Assembly (NCBI GenBank): GCA_963713045.1
Contig: CAVQKE010000007.1
Location: 192,001 to 256,000, forward strand
DNA: 64,000 bases
Direction of reading: 5' to 3'
Source of the DNA: an uncultured delta proteobacterium
GTDB lineage: Bacteria > Myxococcota > Myxococcia > Myxococcales > Myxococcaceae
Both the position numbers and the translations under genes were made by a program. Each line of letters begins with the position of its first letter. Position 1 is the first letter of the stretch. Under the pieces are notes generated by a model, which saw only the letters and a list, made by a program, of their open reading frames with translations, was not told the DNA's origin and made no database searches. Positions 61,823 to 64,000 of the stretch are shown piece after piece.

Positions 61823-62089
61823 GCCGAAATGCTTGGTTATCAGGCGAATGCCTTAGGAGGACGGCCGGCCCTTGGGCTCAGTGCTGTTGCGAAGCGCGAC
61901 TGCCGCTCTCGGTGTCACGAAATGTGGGGATTAAGCCGAGCTCCTCAACATCCCCAGCAAACGTCGCGCGTTCCACATCGAGTGGAGCTGGTCAGCTTGC
62001 GGGCGCGCAGACCTCGCTGTCGAAACGTGTGTCGATGATGGATCCCAAGAATGCTGGACACCGTCGGAGGCGAACTGCTTCGCATCCGC

Positions 62090-62250
62090 CGAACGTCATT
62101 CCGAACGTAACGCTGGGAGCTCCTTGGGGGGCGACGGCAGCGGTCTCGCCGGGCGACGAACGGACTGCCAAGACCCCGTAGCAACGTTCAAGAATCCGAA
62201 GCTAGCTTCCCAAGCTCGGAGTCGCGGGTTCGAATGGTATCCGCCGCCCT
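62090..62250 (+). repeat. att element: type-A arm plus core (62205-62250)
   Basis: cgaacgtcattccgaacgtaacgctgggagc...gcttcccaagctcggagtcgcgggttcgaatggtatccgccgccct. Confidence 0.9.
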
Positions 62251-62291
62251 AGGCCTTATCTGGTCGAGCGACCTCGAGGCTCGGTGCCGAG

Positions 62292-62636
62292 TCAGCGGCC
62301 GAGAACGATGTCCACTCCCGCGAAGATGAGCTCCAACTGCTTCTTCGAAACGCGGCCCACCCGCTCGTTGAGCAGGGCACGGTCAAGCGTGACGATTTGC
62401 GAGACGTTGGCAACCGAGTCCTTGCCTAGCCCAGAGGTCCGCGCGGGCAGGAGCACATTTCCTGGCGCGTTAGCCCACTTGAGGTTGCTCGTGAGCGGAA
62501 CGCACACGACCGTTGCGAGGCGGCTCCGGTTGAGCGAATCACCCTGCACGACCAGGACGGGCCGCCGAAATCCCGGTCCGGACCCAACGGGATCGGGCAG
62601 GTCGGCCCAGCAGACATCAGCCTGCGCGATCACCAC
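62292..62636 (-). CDS. mazF: MazF/PemK endoribonuclease toxin
   Basis: WADLPDPVGSGPGFRRPVLVVQ, VPLTSN, SGLGKDSVANVSQIVTLDR. Confidence 0.92.
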   Translation of the reverse strand: MVIAQADVCWADLPDPVGSGPGFRRPVLVVQGDSLNRSRLATVVCVPLTSNLKWANAPGNVLLPARTSGLGKDSVANVSQIVTLDRALLNERVGRVSKKQLELIFAGVDIVLGR

Positions 62637-62866
62637 TCAGACTGCTCCAGCACCTGACGCGCAGCATTCGACGAGAACGAGTCCAGTCGTGTGTCCATCT
62701 GGGCGGAGACGTCGTTCATGGCCTCCGTGATCGCCTCCGGCTCGTGTCGGGCGACGTACTCCGCGACCGCCTCCTGGTAGAGTTCGCTGCGCGACTTCTT
62801 CAGACGCTTTGCGAGTCGCTCGGCCTCGTGGAAGATGCCGTCTGGCAATGAAATTGCTGTCTTCAT
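62630..62866 (-). CDS. Ribbon-helix-helix antitoxin partner of MazF
   Basis: MKTAISLPD..AERLAKRLKKSRSELY; overlaps the toxin start. Confidence 0.88.
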   Translation of the reverse strand: MKTAISLPDGIFHEAERLAKRLKKSRSELYQEAVAEYVARHEPEAITEAMNDVSAQMDTRLDSFSSNAARQVLEQSEW

Positions 62867-63137
62867 ACCGAAAGTATAACCACCTGAGTCTTTGTCCCGC
62901 AACAGGGTACCTAGCCCCCCCAGGGTCTATAGGGCTCGGACGTGACGCGCGCTCTGCGGCATGGAGAACCCTCCGCACCCGAGCGGGCAGCGAACAGGTA
63001 GCGAACGCCATCCGAAAACCTCGCTAACCAACCGACTTCATGTCGCTGGGTAGATGCTTTAGAACTGCCGCGATCGAATCGTCGGACGCAGCGAGAATGG
63101 CGAAGCACGGTCACATCCCCTCCAAGAGGAGACCTCC

Positions 63138-63671
63138 GTGGCGCTCGTGGTCTTCCTGAAAGGAATCAACGTCGGCGGGCACAAGCTCGTCCATCCGTCC
63201 CTGCTCGCCCAGCAGCTGAAACGCTACGATGTAGTCAACTTTGGTGCGGCAGGAACCTTCTTGGTTCGTCGGCCGGTCAGTCAGAGCCAGCTACTCGCGG
63301 AAATCGAGCGCCGATTGCCGGTCCAGGCTGAAGTCATCATCTGCGACAGCGGCGCGCTTCTCGGCGCGGCGTCCGCCTCCCGCTTTGGACGCGCTCCGAT
63401 TCGCTCCGATGTCGTTCGCTTCGTGAGTGTGATGTCCCGCCTACCTCGTCGGCCGGCGCCCCCCACCCCTTTCGCGCTCCCTCTGCACGGAAGTTGGTTG
63501 GTGAGAGTCCTCGCAAGGGAAGGCAGGTTTCTGTTCGGGATCTACCGACGTCAAATGCAGACGATACGGCAACTCGCCGCGATGGATAGACTCTTCGGCA
63601 CACCCATCACGACACGCAATTGGAATACGATCGCTGCCATTCGAAAGGTACTGGAAGACGGACGTTCATGA
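63138..63671 (+). CDS. DUF1697 domain protein
   Basis: FLKGINVGGHK N-terminus and TTRNWNTI C-terminus. Confidence 0.85.
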   Translation: MALVVFLKGINVGGHKLVHPSLLAQQLKRYDVVNFGAAGTFLVRRPVSQSQLLAEIERRLPVQAEVIICDSGALLGAASASRFGRAPIRSDVVRFVSVMSRLPRRPAPPTPFALPLHGSWLVRVLAREGRFLFGIYRRQMQTIRQLAAMDRLFGTPITTRNWNTIAAIRKVLEDGRS

Positions 63672-63997
63672 CGGTCGCACGTCCCGACGGCGGCATGGCA
63701 CTATGGACGAAAACTGCCGACGGAATCGATGTCGCCGCTTGGGAACGTGGCGGCGAGAAGCTCGATGTGTTGTTTCGCGGTGCCAGGATTTTCGATTTTT
63801 TTGGGCGCGAGCAACACTTCTTGCGCCTCGGCTTCACCTATCACAACGAATCCGAACGCCGAAGCCGCATTCCGCATGGCCACCGCGTTGAAGCAGATCC
63901 GGTAACCCACAGCGCTTATCGGTGCGCGCGTTGCCCTGTTGACGTTGGGGCGCGTGCTTTAGAAAACGCACCACCACTGCCCAGCCGACGGCCTTGA
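63668..63997 (+). CDS. Hypothetical protein
   Basis: ATGA overlap with the DUF1697 gene; no motif recognised. Confidence 0.35.
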   Translation: MTVARPDGGMALWTKTADGIDVAAWERGGEKLDVLFRGARIFDFFGREQHFLRLGFTYHNESERRSRIPHGHRVEADPVTHSAYRCARCPVDVGARALENAPPLPSRRP

Positions 63998-64000
63998 ACT

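Noticed and set aside
475..62250. Repeats read as a CRISPR array
   Set aside because: Spacing is 0.8-12 kb with whole genes in between, the repeat is a tRNA fragment, and no cas genes are present.
475..62250. Classical integron attC array
   Set aside because: No RYYYAAC...GTTRRRY bounded imperfect palindromes and no intI are visible; the sites are tRNA-derived with arm repeats.
62988..63030. gcgaacaggtagcgaacgccatccgaaaacc as another arm
   Set aside because: The period is 11 bp rather than 12 and there is no downstream arm or core similarity.

Overview
GC-rich bacterial accessory region, probably from a myxobacterium. That host call is an inference from the integrase motif style, the eukaryote-like Ser/Thr kinases and the Cys-rich lipoproteins. 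There are no housekeeping genes. The dominant structure is a co-oriented array of about 18 attachment-site-like elements, all on the + strand. Twelve carry a recognisable 3' half of tRNA-Gly(CCC), consensus GCTTCCCAAGCTCGGGGTCGCGGGTTCGAATCCCGTCCGCCGCTCT; the rest are truncated or core-less, and one further divergent tRNA-like relic lies at 12511. Most cores are preceded by a ~115-bp arm with a 12-bp-period direct-repeat pair plus an inverted copy, in at least three sequence families. Several cores are followed by eroded 3' ends of a tyrosine integrase whose minus-strand reading frame runs through the tRNA core, as in phages Mx8/Mx9 where attP lies inside int. Between the sites lie 0.85-12 kb cargo units, many holding a single gene or TA pair, so the region looks like an integron-style cassette array built from tRNA-targeted att junctions rather than attC sites. 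Cargo includes five TA loci or relics, a Dam-type methylase, an AEP-primase/SF2 helicase, ion and pH transporters, VOC proteins, a DevBCA/TolC-type exporter, a GH63-like glucosidase, two Ser/Thr kinases and a TonB-dependent receptor. An IS21-family element sits inside one integrase relic. No intact tRNA and no intact integrase are in the window. Many genes carry single frameshifts, which may be decay or sequencing indels. All calls are by eye, with no database searches.
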